Below, piece by piece: positions 12,772 to 25,534 of a DNA stretch of 64,000 bases. Each line of letters begins with the position of its first letter. The stretch's first letter is position 1. The position numbers and the translations under genes were made by a program. The notes below the pieces were generated by a model. It ran no database searches. It was given only the letters and a program-made list of their open reading frames with translations, and had not been told where the DNA came from. This DNA is from Trichosphaerium sp. ATCC 40318 (Eukaryota > Protista > Tubulinea), in NCBI GenBank assembly GCA_038496445.1, contig JALMLS010000374.1, forward strand, positions 222,004 through 286,003, read 5' to 3'.

Positions 12772-13469
12772 TAGGGGGATTTATGGGGATGAAGTGTCAC
12801 TAAATCGTTTCAGCTTAAGTAAGATCACATAAACAATCACGTGCCTATGTTCTTACTAAAAGTGGTAAGTAATGAAGGATGACGTCATCCGTCAAGAGTG
12901 TAAATAAACTAAGCTCAGGCATGCTTTTGTCGGCCGTAAGTGAAGTTCGAAGGAGCCCAAAATGACTCTTTTTACTTATTAGTCTGCGTTACTAGAAACG
13001 GCTCGTTCTGACAAACATATTTGGTGTCTTGTGGTCATGTTAATCGGCCTTAGTCTTCCCTTGCGTCGAAAACTCTCAGTGCAATCCCATGTTAACTATT
13101 TAGCATTGTAGCCCACGGTATCGTAACAAGGGGTTATTACCCGCCCACAGAGGGTCTGTGATGAATGCTAACAACTTGCAAAAGAATGCGAGGATGAATA
13201 GAATTGATTGCTACTATGTCCATCATTTTAAGCCCATGCACATGTTAATAAAGATATCAAGCTGTTACATTTGTTACTACACCATGACTATACTCAATGT
13301 CATAAGAACAAGTTTGGTCACCAGGCCAAAGACAAAACTGCTACACGCTGTTTGGCAATTGTGACATCCAATAAAGTTAATAAAAACATGTTTTGTTTCT
13401 AATGTCATTTTAATTTTGGATTATCAGTTTCTTTTCCTAACCATTTTTTAAATACAGTAGGTCTCGTTT

Positions 13470-16400
13470 CTAAACACAAAACTTAAAATTAACAAGGTGA
13501 CTACGAACGTTAAACACTGAAACAAAGAAATCAAAAAAAATACTTCTCAAAAAAACATACCATAACACTTGTGTTCCCAAAGTAGCTTAGGTTTCTTTCT
13601 TCTTCTCTTACCAGATAGTTGTATATCTTCTTCTACATAGTATACTTTCCAAGAGAATAACCGTTCATCCCCTAGAACACATTGAGAAAAAAAACTAGCC
13701 AACATTTCATTTAAAAATGTCCAAAAAAAAAAGCCCATGTTCAACGCTATGTCAATCACGTGCCTTCATGGTATTTATTCCAGTTACGACAAACATATTT
13801 ACCAAAACCCTAAAGATATAATTAGGGCATTTAAATGTGAAACAGAATAAAGTTGAGTACCAAACGTAAATAATTTACATTCCCACCATTGTATCCGTTC
13901 TCAAAAAACTTGAACCACCTGTGACTTTTAAATGCTTGTTTAAAGCTTTTAGGTCTGGAAAATGGGATATCCTCATATGAATTAAAGTAGCGTGGCTGCC
14001 AGTGACGCCGTGTAATAGCTACGACAGCGATTTAGAGAAAAAAACAAGAAAAAGAAAAGGGAATCAATAGTAACATAAATGTCACAACTAACCTCCATTT
14101 TGAAATAATTCTATTGCCTTTCCGTTAACTTGATCACCGGGCATAACGTAATACCTAAAAAGAAAACAATCAGTCAGTGGCAATCAAAAAAAATGATCAT
14201 CCATCCAAAAAAAGAAAAGTACCATGACTTCTTTGGTGGATGTGGTGCGAACATGCTCCATTCTTGTTCAGTCCTTCAAGCTATTAAAATTATGTTTGGG
14301 TTATATTTAGTTACCTGAGTGTCCAAATAAGCCCATGTAAAGGTGTACCAATCCTGAAAAAACAATCAAACGCATGCTATTTTAATTGGGTTTTTTCAAA
14401 AAAAATCAGTTGTAAGCATGCTACTGTACAAGCTGTACAAGCCAACTTTCTTGGTTGATCAAAGGGAGTATATATTTTGTGTGTTTTCAAAAGAAAGATA
14501 GTGTGACGCACATGTGAATGTCCAAAGACTCAATGTTCCAGAGAACAATCTGTAAAATGATAAAGCCAATGAATACCGCTTTTACAATACTGAATGTACA
14601 CTTTACTGTTTCTTTGGCTTTCTTATATTTTACCTTATACTCCCTTTGTTTGTTCGTAAAGCCAATTTTTGTAATAGATTTGCCTGGTGGCAATGATAAT
14701 TTCGAAGAAAGAGAAACAGCATGGAAAAAATCAAAAAAAGTTCCAATGTTCGGTATCTTTTTGAGTACAAATCCTACCCTACAAATACTTATTAGAGAAT
14801 GTACTTGCACTACAAGAATATAGAAATATTCACTTATTACCATTCAAGGAACCAAGAGAATGGAGATATAGTAAAAACACCAAGAAATGCATCAAAGTTT
14901 TCTAGACTTACTCCTGTTACAAACATGTTAGGTGGTGACTTGTTTATTCCTATTCAAGTGATACTGTGTACCTTTATCTGTTATAAATAATAGCCACTGA
15001 TCAGTATCAGTAATCTCATCTCCATCTGACGCTACGCTTCGCTCAACATCCTTAAAGTCTAAATAGAACTTGGCTATGAGGTAAACTTACACATGAAACA
15101 CGCACTGGCATGATTGTCTTGTTCAGAATCGTCTTTTTTATCTACAACACTATTACTGCTTCCATATATGCTATTAATACTATTCATTGGTAGAACGCTT
15201 GTATCAGGAGAAGTCAAAAACGTCGATACCAGCCCACCAATAAATAAGCCGAATGTTGAAGTCTAATTAAAATGTTAGGCATTTAAAATCAGGATCCTTA
15301 CTATACCTCGTTATAGTATACCCTAGATCTCTTCCTCGATGCAGTGCTAAGATATGGGAATATCATATCATCCCAAACTAGAGAAGGAAAGAAAGCTAAA
15401 TACCCAGCAAGTGGACAGAAGAAAAATAAACCTGTTATAAAAAGTAAGTAAACATACAAACGATATGAAACCAGATGTCGCTTGTACCTAGCCTCATACT
15501 AATACCCAGTCCGAAATGCATGCCCATGAATATTAAACTACCTGCTATACGACAATACTGTGTATAAAAAGGAAAGAAGAATAAAACAGGAGCAAAGAAT
15601 TCCCTAACACGATATTTGAAAAGAGCTTATAAACAAAGCCAGCGACATACGTGTACATAACTGTCCATGTCATGATCTTACAGAAGTAAGGATAATTGCG
15701 CAAAAACATACCAAAAGGCATTGTAAAGTAATCAAGATTAAGCGCGTAATAAGTAGCAGTACCTGTACTAACGTTAGAACAAAAAAAAACTGAGAACAGA
15801 AAAAAAAAAAAGGGAAACCTTTGAAAACACGTGCCATCTTCGCGCCATTCTTTTGAGTTCTTATGGAATGTTGATACAGTGTATATCAAAAAATATTGTA
15901 GTAGCCACCCAAATGTAGCAGCACTGAATGCTAAATGCGCACGTGATTCGCTCCTGAAAGAAAAAAGTAAATACTTTCTTTGAAACACTTTAAAAAGAAA
16001 AAAGTTATCTACACACCTTGCACTAAACGCAATAGGCCCTTTCTTACTTTTTTTTAAATTCCTTAATGCGGCATCAACTGACCAATACTACAAATCATAT
16101 AAAAACGCATACACTAGACAGAAAAACAAGCAAAACTTCAAATTTTTTTCTTCTGCTTTTTTTGTCAAGTTCACAAGATTGTCCTCCATCCGTACCTCTC
16201 CTATTGGACATAACATCAACCAGAATAACGTCATACGATGCATGACATCCCCACTGTGTCCAATAAATATAAAACTAGCTTGAAGACTACAAAGCATCCA
16301 CCATGTTAAGAATGTAAATAACCTCGTATAGAACCCAATACACATCATAAAAGCGAAGAACATGTGTAATAAGAAAATACAACGTTGACCGTTTAAACTT

Positions 16401-16727
16401 GAGTTAATATGATGAAATGTAACGAATTGAGGCCGTGTTGTCCGTTCTAGGTACTCGTGGTGTTTTACAATACCGTCATTTGTATAATGCGGTATTAACT
16501 CGTCGTATCGGTTTATTAGATCGCCAATGACCGAATAGAGGGTAAGCAAGGATGTCAAATGACGTTTTGCGTTCTTAAGTATACCAAAACGCTCGTAATT
16601 ATCTCATACGTACCACCAACGCGTAGAAAACGCGACATAGAGCTAAAGATCGTTTATCTAGGCTAAACATTGTTTTTAACCGATTATATACCCCACCACC
16701 ATCTAAACTAGGTCCGTGAGTGCGCAT
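13470..16727 (-). CDS. HTTM-domain membrane protein, multi-exon (3' end approximate)
   Basis: FSLDKRSLALCR, GFYTRLFTFLTW, GDVMHRMTLFW, WREDGTATYYALNLDYF, QEWSMFAPHPP, YVCRNWN; GC donors at 15834 and 13763. Confidence 0.85.
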
Positions 16728-17313
16728 TGCACTCACTGGCACTGTGTGAAGCTGTAATTTAAGTTAAGTGAGACTGTAGCAAAGTAAAAGGACTGACAAA
16801 ACCAAATTGCAGTGTTGGTAAAATTGCGCAAGTATTGCATTGTATCACGACATGTAAACATCAGAAAAGCTGTACAATTAAAGCAGAGAAGCTAGAGAAT
16901 ATAGGGATTGATTAATTCCACGCATTACCCGATTGTAAGACAGTACACTGTAGGATTTAGAACTACAACTATTTTTTCAACTTAAATCACGTGCGTTCCT
17001 TTTTGTTCGTGAAATACTGTCTAATGTTTATTTTTTGGGAAACAGCGTAGTACTTGGATAGATGTATGATTTGGTAGTATCTAGAAGGGGATTTCAAACC
17101 CCGCTACAAACCCCGTGTAACTTGAGACATCAGGGAACAAACTGAACAAAAAAACCGGTAGGAAAAAAACTGTTTCAAAATAAAGCTAAAAAAAGGTGAA
17201 GCATATGATCACTAACTTCAGTCGTAACATAATCACAAGTCAACAATTTTCCATAAAACGTTTCTACTGCACATAATTCCAACCATAGTCAAGTCTCCAT
17301 AATTTTTATAATA

Positions 17314-18598
17314 ATGGAACTAACTGATAAACAACAACAAATATGGTACATATCCACTTGTTATTTTTTTTTAACATTGCTCTTGTTGTTGAAAGACATC
17401 TCCACTATTTGTTTTAATATTAACCTCCGATACAGGTCTTTAATGTTCCGACGCCAAGAGGGATATGCTAATAAGGCTAAGAAGATTATAAATGGTAAAG
17501 ACCCGTGTAAGCTATATTTCCACAACGGTCCAAGAAAGGAGACACTACTCCATCTTATAGCACGTGATAAAGTAAATGGACCTGCATTGTATAAAAATAT
17601 AGCTGGTGCTATTCCTACCGACGCAGCTGATACATTTGGATGGACTGCGCTTCACAGTGCGGGTAAGCAAACCAAAAGGACTTTTTTTACGTTTTTTTGT
17701 TGAACATTTACATAAATTTATTTCCCCTCGTCTCACGTGACGTTGTCCGTTTTTTTGCTCTTCTAATTCTATTTATTAGCATGTGAAGGTAATCTAGTCG
17801 TTCTAAAAAAGCTTATAAGCGATGGTGCTAAACCCACTGCGAAAACTGGAAATGGATGGAGTCCTCTTCGGTTAGCATGTAAGCCATTGTGTCCTCATTA
17901 TACTCCTTACTCTTTTTTGAAGCATTAAAGGGCCATTTGGATTGTGTAAAGTGTTTATTATCAAAAGGAGCTTCGTTGAAAGCAAAATCAAAACTAGGAT
18001 GGACAGCACTATTTGTTGCAGGTATGGATCTTTTTTTACAATGTTCAGTTGAAAAAAAAAGTTAAATGAAATCCTGGAACTTCGCTTTTGTCACGTGATA
18101 CCAATCTAGATTATTTTGATACACGCAAACTCTTTGGTATCAAAATACGTATCTTTCTTTTTTACAAAAAGCGTCATGGCGCCGGCACAAAGCGGTTTTT
18201 TGCTTGTTCAAATAAAAAACACTCAGCTGACTTTTTTTTTTTCAGTACGTGAAGGTCATCTAGAAACAGCGACGTACCTATTGGAACAAGGCGCAAAACC
18301 GAATTGTAAAGATAACGAGGGAAGTTATCCACTTCACAGAGCAGCAGAGAAAGGATACGACGAAATAGTTAAAGTTCTAGTTAAGCAAGGAGCAAAAGTT
18401 AATGTACGAGATAAAAAAGGTCATACGGCATCTTACTACGCAGGCACGTGACCTACGTACTAAAACCAAGTACTTATTATGAAAATAGCAAACGAAGGAT
18501 TCACAGATATTGTATCTATCCTCGATGATAACGGAGCAAAGGGCGGGAAACTTCGTAGCTCCAGATTGTTTAATAGTTTCTCAGGGAAAGCAGTGTAA
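17314..18598 (+). CDS. Ankyrin-repeat protein, 6 exons
   Basis: ETLLHLIA, GWTALHSA, GWSPLRLA, GWTALFVA, GSYPLHRAA, GHTASYYAANEGF; last intron 18444-18488 is GC-AG. Confidence 0.85.
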
Positions 18599-19094
18599 AA
18601 AAAAACCCAAAGAAATAAACCCAACACAAAGTACTACGTTGTTTTTTTGATTTAAACTCTCTTAAATAACAACATAAGCAATATTTTAGAATGATTACCG
18701 CACATAAATATTCATGCCACTGTCTTTTCTAATGTTACAAGATTTGTCTGAAATTTATTTAGTAAAACACGTGAAATAACTGTATAAATAGAATCGTGTA
18801 TGTACGGTACCCAAAGCTCATCAAGTATTTCTCTCACCCACAGAAACGCCCTGGCGAACAAAGACTGAACCAATTGAATAATAGTATAAAAACAAAGTCA
18901 AGAAGTAAAGTACAAAGGTTTTTTATTTACATGGTTTTTTTTAGTTTTGATGTCCATCTTCCGAGGCATTTTATTAAACGGGTGGTTTAGTAGTTCTTTT
19001 GCAAGTGCTCCTCGAACAGACGACTCATGCAATCGAGTAAAATTCATCGCTTATCGATGATACCATTGCGTTGGCCGAAGCTTTAGATAGAGGT

Positions 19095-19562
19095 TTATGA
19101 ACTTGTGTCGAGTGAAATCCCTTGATCAAGAGCCCACTCCTCAACCACAGTACAAAACAGGTCCTCGACAATGTTGTCGTAAGTACCCACCACAGAGGGT
19201 TGCTGGTAGATCGCCATAGTGAGTGCATCACCTGTAGCCAGTGGTAATATGACGGCTGGCCCGTTTGGTGAGGTTTTTAGCACCTCTGCTGGTTGCACAC
19301 CGTTTTCGCCCTTCGTCTTTCTCTGTATCTTCGCTTCACGTAGGAGGATCTCGTCGCGCGGTTTGACTTCAGTTTCGGGGTGGTCATCGCGAACTACTTT
19401 CGTCGCCATCTGGTGAGTGTTCGCGCAAGCGTAGGCAGTGCCGCAGGCATCTTCTCCGAGAATTTTGTCGTTGTCGGTTGTGTACTTTTGTTTAGATCTC
19501 TTGCCGTTCTTCTTGAAGATGTTGCAGAAGGCGTTGAAACGTTGTTTGATAGTATCGAACAT
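19095..19562 (-). pseudogene. Truncated protein-kinase N-lobe, intronless and GC-richer than its surroundings
   Basis: ILGEDACGTAY (degenerate Gly loop), ATKVV (beta3 Lys), LLREAKI (alphaC Glu), VILPLATGD (hinge); no HRD or DFG before the stop. Confidence 0.55.
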
Positions 19563-20226
19563 TGGATGAGGTGTTTAATTAGTTTGAGTAGATGAATTAT
19601 GAGTTTTTGAAACTCGTGTAGTTTTTGTCAACGAGTAGTCGTGTAATTCTCAGAGTTTCATTTTTAACGTCTCAGGCAAACATGCTGTGGTGCCAATGTG
19701 AACGTAATTGAAGCGGTTTGAAGCTGTTTTCGGAGAAAAGGAAATCGTACGAACGTTTTATTAATTCCAACAACCTATCCTACGCGCAGAGAATACACAC
19801 TGTAGTTCTAGCCACATTTTGTAATATGTATAACAATACACACTCATAGCTTTTTCATGTACCGTAAGCAACTTTTTCTATATTCTAAAGGACTTAGTAT
19901 GGAACAATGAATAAAAACGGTTGGTTGCACGTGAAGTTTTTGAGTGAGTACTTTATCGACAAACTGTAAGATACCCAAGGCTATTGCCAAGTGCAAACCA
20001 ATAGCAAGGACACCAGTTTCTTCACAAAAGAGAACTATACTTAGTACTCATGCACGTTCAAGTAATGTGTATTTCTGTTGATGTTGCTACACCCACTAAT
20101 GTTAATATCACGTACACTTGCCTTGAGATCTTCACCAATGATTTTTGTGAACGATAACTCAATGGAATGTACTTTCTATGGTTGCTTAAACACAACTTGG
20201 ATTTAAGACACTGGGCAAAGGGTACC

Positions 20227-21105
20227 ATGATCCCCACGCGTATCAAAGCTAACCTCAGAAATAACAACAAGAAAACAGCAACGACAGTAATAAACAAAGC
20301 ACTACCTAACGAGATTATTACTTATATTCTGGACTACAACAATGAAAAATCAAGTCTATTCACCTACTTGATACTCTCCAAAGGCTTTGAAAGGTTTATA
20401 AAATCAAAAGGGTCGTATTGGAGAAACATGTATCTCTCTTTATATGCCACAGGAGAATACGATGAAGCTGGAATGCTTGTTGAACAGCATATACGTTGTA
20501 TTCTTGATGCTAAGTTTAATGATTTCTTCGAAGTACCAACACGTGATTTTGCCAATTCTCACAAACAATCAGAAAGTGTCACGTGTCAAAGTGAAAGAGA
20601 CTCTAAATGTCGCTTAAAATATTGGAAAGATAGATGTCATAACATTAAGATTGCTTCATCACTTGCCAGGCATCTTGATAGCTTTGTTTTTCCATTCTAC
20701 AATGAATTCTGTGTACCAAAGTTTACTCCTTTTCTTATATTTGTAGAAGAAGAACAGGATGATGTCATAGGAGAACATACACTGTTAAACATGCTCAGAA
20801 AATATGAACCAAATGAAAAGTTCTATAAACAAATGGACATTAAAGCATTTTCTGAGTATGTCAGAAAACCTGAGATATTAAACCCACTCCAAGAGATTAT
20901 AGACAAAAAAATATGTGGATTGGAAAATATAACATGTCTCAATTATACCAAAGGAGGCCAGTTTTATATGATACATAGTACATCACCTATAACAAAGGCA
21001 ATTGTAGGTATTTTCCTTATTGAAGATTATACAAGCTGTGGCAATGGAAGCTTCAATGAGTACTATCGCAAAAAACATGAAGCAGGCTGGCAAATCCCAC
21101 AGTAA
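20227..21105 (+). CDS. F-box domain protein, intronless
   Basis: ALPNEIITYILDY...LILSKGFERFI...YWRNMY F-box; long uninterrupted ORF. The upstream in-frame ATG at 20167 is an alternative start. Confidence 0.7.
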   Translation: MIPTRIKANLRNNNKKTATTVINKALPNEIITYILDYNNEKSSLFTYLILSKGFERFIKSKGSYWRNMYLSLYATGEYDEAGMLVEQHIRCILDAKFNDFFEVPTRDFANSHKQSESVTCQSERDSKCRLKYWKDRCHNIKIASSLARHLDSFVFPFYNEFCVPKFTPFLIFVEEEQDDVIGEHTLLNMLRKYEPNEKFYKQMDIKAFSEYVRKPEILNPLQEIIDKKICGLENITCLNYTKGGQFYMIHSTSPITKAIVGIFLIEDYTSCGNGSFNEYYRKKHEAGWQIPQ

Positions 21106-21248
21106 AATAACTAGATGATTGGGCTATGTGTCAAAGATAAATCCCTCAATGACAGTAATTATGGAAACAATGTATCAAACAACAATAAACAAGTTTTTTT
21201 CAAAAAACAACAAAATCTATTATTTTTTTTCCATTGTTTTTTTTTCTG

Positions 21249-24200
21249 TTAAAGCCACTGTAATTCAAGTATATTGACCTCCTGAAGAAGGATGTTATTC
21301 TGTGACTCGTCAAAAGTTGCTGGCAAAGGCATTCCTTGAAATAAAAAGTAAGTACACAAAACACTAAGAGTCAAAACAACAGACTGTTTTCAACTTCGTT
21401 TTTTAGTCCAAAAACAAAAAGAAAATCTATTATATCATTATTGACAATACCTTTTTTAACCCTTGCTGCTAATAGTACAGCGGTAGTCCATTCCTCAAAG
21501 TTGAGTTGGCTATCTTTGTCTCTATCCGAAAGACCCCTACAACACAAAATGAGTCAAACTTTTTTTTGGTCTTTTTTTTGTCTTTTTTTTGTTTGACTAT
21601 CAACTCAGGCCGTTTTTCATCACAAGGGCCAAAATAGCACTTATCCCTACGTACCAAATAGTTGCCAGATTTTGGTGATCAAGACCACTAGCTAGCAAAG
21701 CATCTCTGGCTTCAACACCACTAACAAAACCAGGTCTTGTAGTGCCTATTGTTACAAACTTTTTCTTTAATAAATCTAATACTTGATCGCGTGCAGAAAC
21801 CATAGGTGTAGAAACGCTTTAAAAAAACAAAAAGTCAGCCAAAGACTTACTTGGACTCGAGAAACTTGCAGAACAAAGAAAAAAAGAATTTGACAAAAAA
21901 CGCGTTATGAGGTTCAGGAAGGGTCACGCAAATGCCCTTCCCCAAAGTATCTACACTGATACCACACGAAGGAGGTATTTTCCGAGCGCAAGGATGGTTT
22001 TCATCATCACCACAAAAAAAACGTTTTCCGTGATTTTTTTGATTACGTTGCTAGTCTACAAAAACGTACCCAATGCCACTACCACCACGCAAAGACGCCA
22101 AAACAGAGGCAGGTACAGTATCAGGTAATTCAATACTCTTCTTTGCAAGGTTGATCAAATGGGTAGCAAGCATAAATTCAGTCTTGTTGAGATAGTTGTC
22201 TTGATCCATGTCGGACAGACTCCATACCTACATAGACTTTAGCTAAAATACCTATACAATACACTACACACCTTTGCGAGGATATTAACGCCAAGACCAG
22301 TACGCATAAACAACGCACGAGCAGTATTGCCCGAAACTCTACCATCAGCCTCTTTGGGTGTTTTATCGTAAATAGCTGTATACTGAGGGATAGCCTACGG
22401 GGTTTGTGAACGTCTGGCTTTCAAATGAAACAAACCACTTCCGGCCTGCGTTTACGTACATCTGCTGGTACTTCCATTGGACTAGAAGGCTCCTGAGGAG
22501 CTGCTGCAGGTTGAGGTACTTCCGCTTGGTCGGGGAAAACCATCAACGCTGATTCTGGTGCTTTAGCATGCTCTGGAGCTGGAGCAAAGGAGCTCCCAGC
22601 GGCCATGTTAGGCTCAGCTTTATCCTACAGCAAATTAAAAAAACCCACAATAGAAATGCCTTTTAACCCATACCATGCTGCTTCCAGTGGTTCCTTCCAT
22701 TGACAATAGATCAGATTGTTGTAAAGCAGAAGTACCAGTATGAAGGAACGCATCAAGGTCTTCTTTTTGCTGAGAAATAAAGTCGTCTCGGCGCTTAGCA
22801 AGCTGTTCTTCAAATTTCTTACGTTCGTCGTTCAAAACGGCATCAAATTTTTCCAAGTCGACACGTTGTTGAGCTTGGAAAGCGTCTTTAGACACAAATT
22901 CCTAAAGGAAATAAGTAAACGCCTGATCTGGGGGCTTTTTTTCAAAAAACAGAGCCATCAATCCTACCTGTGGCAATTTATCAGGTTTAAGTCTAGCAAG
23001 GATCAACTGAGCTAATTGACTGTCTTGTAAAACGTTATGGCAATGAGCCACCAACTTAGTTTCATCTAGTTCAACAGATAGTACCTAATAAAAGCAGTAA
23101 GTACCTCAGTAATACAAGATGTATAAGAATAACGCACTTGACCTGTTTGGTTCACTAATACAATACCACCTTCTGGCGTTGCAGCTGTTGTAAATGTAAC
23201 AGATGGATCTCCTGTTCTAATAACACCCAATGGCGTAGCTGTTTCCACCTAATAAGATAACATTAATTTCTCCATCAATGAGACTTCTTTTTTATCGCGT
23301 AGTGACAGCATACTACGCGTCATGATGAAAAGTGCACGGTTTTTAAGAACGACTCTACTCACCTCATAAGCGGAGATATAACCATGCTTTGTAACCATAA
23401 ACACAACACCATACTTTTCACTAAATTCTAAGCCAACTGGGAAATCATCTGGGGCATCTGGGGCATAGTACACTGGACAACTACGTTTCTTTGATGTACC
23501 AAGCGTAAATATACGTAACTAAAGCCAAACAAATAAGCAAACAAAGAAATGAAAAAAAAAAAAATAAAAAAATATCCACATAGACTTGATAAACGTACTT
23601 TTCCATTACCATCAGCATCGCGTATAGCAAAAGCAAATATGGTATTACCTAGTAACGATGTTTAAATGAATCCCAAACAGAAAGGAAAAAGGAAAAAAGA
23701 GAAACAAAAAAAACCAAAAATTATTTTCTTGCAATTCCAAGTAGTAGTGTTTGTTTACCTCCAAATCTACCAAAACATGTTGCGTGAGCATCAATCCCTT
23801 GAGACATTTTTCTGTTCTTGCTAAAAAGTTGTGCACGCCCAGAAATCAGTTTAGTACCAGCCTAAAAGAGATGTCACATTCACAACTAATTTTCCTTCTC
23901 AAACGAAAACAAAAAAATCCCAAAAAAACGTACAGCAGGTGGTGCAGCACCAACAAGGCAACTCCATTGCCCATCAATAGACACATCGTAATTTAATATT
24001 CTACAATCCTTAACTTTTGAGCCAACATCACAAAATTTCTGGAGCGCTTCACCGTCTAACAATAGAAGTTAACACCCAAAACAAACGCGCATGGTGGGAA
24101 AAAAAATTGTGATTGGCGCGTAAACGAAAAGAGAAAAAAAAGACAAAAAAATTGCTCGTTTTTAGATAGATTTACAGTTAGATTGGTAATAATTACCTTG

Positions 24201-25324
24201 TTTGTTCCAGTGGTACACTGCGGTGTTTGTTACAATACCAATAGTATTATTGTTCACCCACTTCCAAAATAAAACGTTATCCAATGAAGTCGTATTTAAA
24301 CGATTTCTTGTATCAGTTTCGAATACTTGTAGCCATGATCCGGCTAAAAACGTATAAGTCAAGAATATACGGAATTATCCTCTCAATTTTTTGAAAAAGA
24401 AATAAACCCAAACAAAAACCATTAGAGTCGCTATACTATACTCTCAAACACAATCCAGACAATTTATAAAATAGGACAGTTAAATTGAAAAAAAAAAAAA
24501 AAACAAATTGGGCGAAATATGCGTACAACGCAGAGCGAGTATCTTGGAGGTAGGGTGGTTGAGTACTGAGTTGACTTGCGATAGTATAGTTGTGCGTGAA
24601 ACTTGAGGTTGGGCACCTGGACAGAGTATTTTAGCATTTAAGTATTACTAATGTTAGAATGAACCTGAACCAGGCTTTAAATCTACGATAGTTGCCGTAG
24701 GTTGTCCATTAAAGTTTTGCTTTGCACAAAGAAAACGATACGAGCTTAGCGTCACATCACCGTATTTCTTTAGAGTGTCTGTAGAGATTTCGAGTTCAGT
24801 AAGCTGAAATAAACAGATTAGCAGGCAAAAAAGACGAAAGAAAAAAACAGTCAGCTCGAAACCAGTTTGTTTGGTCGTAAATCCTTTATAAATCGCTTAT
24901 TATTGATCACACGCTAAGCACGCGGCGATACAAAACGAGGTACAAACGCCGAGAGCTAAAACAGCGAAAAGAAAAAAACCAAACCAATACAATAAATACC
25001 TTGGCAAGTTCGACGCAATTAACAGGCAAATCAGCGGCTACAGGCTATATAAAAAGGGTCAATGAGTACGAAATTAAAAGAGAGGCTGGAAATAAAAAAT
25101 AACTAAAATTGAGCAGTTATAGTGATTTGCTGTTAGCAGGACATTTCCGAAGAGGGTAACAGCGTAAATGTGACATTTATTTTTGCCTGCACGAAAGGGT
25201 GCTGCTGATTTTGTGCAAATAAGGGAGAACAGCGCAATCAAATCCACAAGTCTGTAGATGAGCTACACGAACAAAAAACAAGAGCAAAACGAAAAATAAA
25301 ATTAGCTTATACCTGTTGTGCCAT
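21249..25324 (-). CDS. Clathrin heavy-chain terminal domain + linker fused to a coiled coil and two EH domains (about 700 aa, 18 exons)
   Basis: Spliced translation follows clathrin heavy-chain residues ~1-360 (NHPTSKILALR, LQVF, VLFWKWVNNNTIGIVTNTAVYHW, SQGIDAHA, DDFPVGLEFSEKYGVVFMVTKHGYISAYEVET, GIVLVNQTGQVLSVELDE...NVLQDSQLA). Then a coiled coil, a P/A linker, EH1 (VSGNTARALFMRTGL...LAKVWSLSDMDQDNYLNKTEF...LPDTVP) and EH2 (VSGVEARDALLASGL...LATIWGLSDRDKDSQLNFEE...GMPLP). TAA 21251-21249. Confidence 0.88.
21908..22014 (-). ncRNA. Intronic box C/D snoRNA-like RNA, candidate U6 snRNA guide
   Basis: Lies in the intron between EH1 and EH2. Box C ATGATGA (22007-22001), D' CGGA (21984-21981), ATACC/GGTAT hairpin, C'-like GTGTAGA, box D CTGA (21917-21914), terminal stem TGTGGT/ACCTCA. 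CATCCTTGCGC and ATTTGCGTG are complementary to conserved U6 GCGCAAGGAUG and CACGCAAAU. Confidence 0.7.
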
Positions 25325-25534
25325 GATGGCGAATGGTTCTTCACTGTATTTAGGCTCTGGCTTGACAAAAAAACAGCTCGTTTCGCACTAAAATTGACTT
25401 CGTTTCTGGGGAATAAAACTGCGTGTTCTAAATAGTATTTATTTTTAGCGTTCGCTGTTTAAACAGCGTTAGCATAAAGAGACATCAATTGGGAAAAAAC
25501 AAGTGATAATTTGATCCCGTTTAAACTTGTTATC
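25325..25534. promoter_or_regulatory. Short head-to-head intergenic region, probable bidirectional promoter
   Basis: Only about 210 bp separate the divergent ATGs at 25324 (-) and 25535 (+). Confidence 0.45.

Noticed and set aside
12838-12843. CACGTG upstream of pstS as a Pho4-like phosphate element
   Set aside because: The motif occurs about once per kb throughout the window, so one site is uninformative.
21908-22014. U4 or U4atac snRNA, since AACCATCCTT/ATCCTTGCGC resembles their 5' ends
   Set aside because: No stem I (UGCUA) complement and no properly placed Sm site; C/D boxes and intronic position fit a snoRNA better.
25046-25312. Hairpins in intron 1 of the clathrin-EH gene as an H/ACA snoRNA
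   Set aside because: No convincing ACA box or pseudouridylation pocket without folding software.
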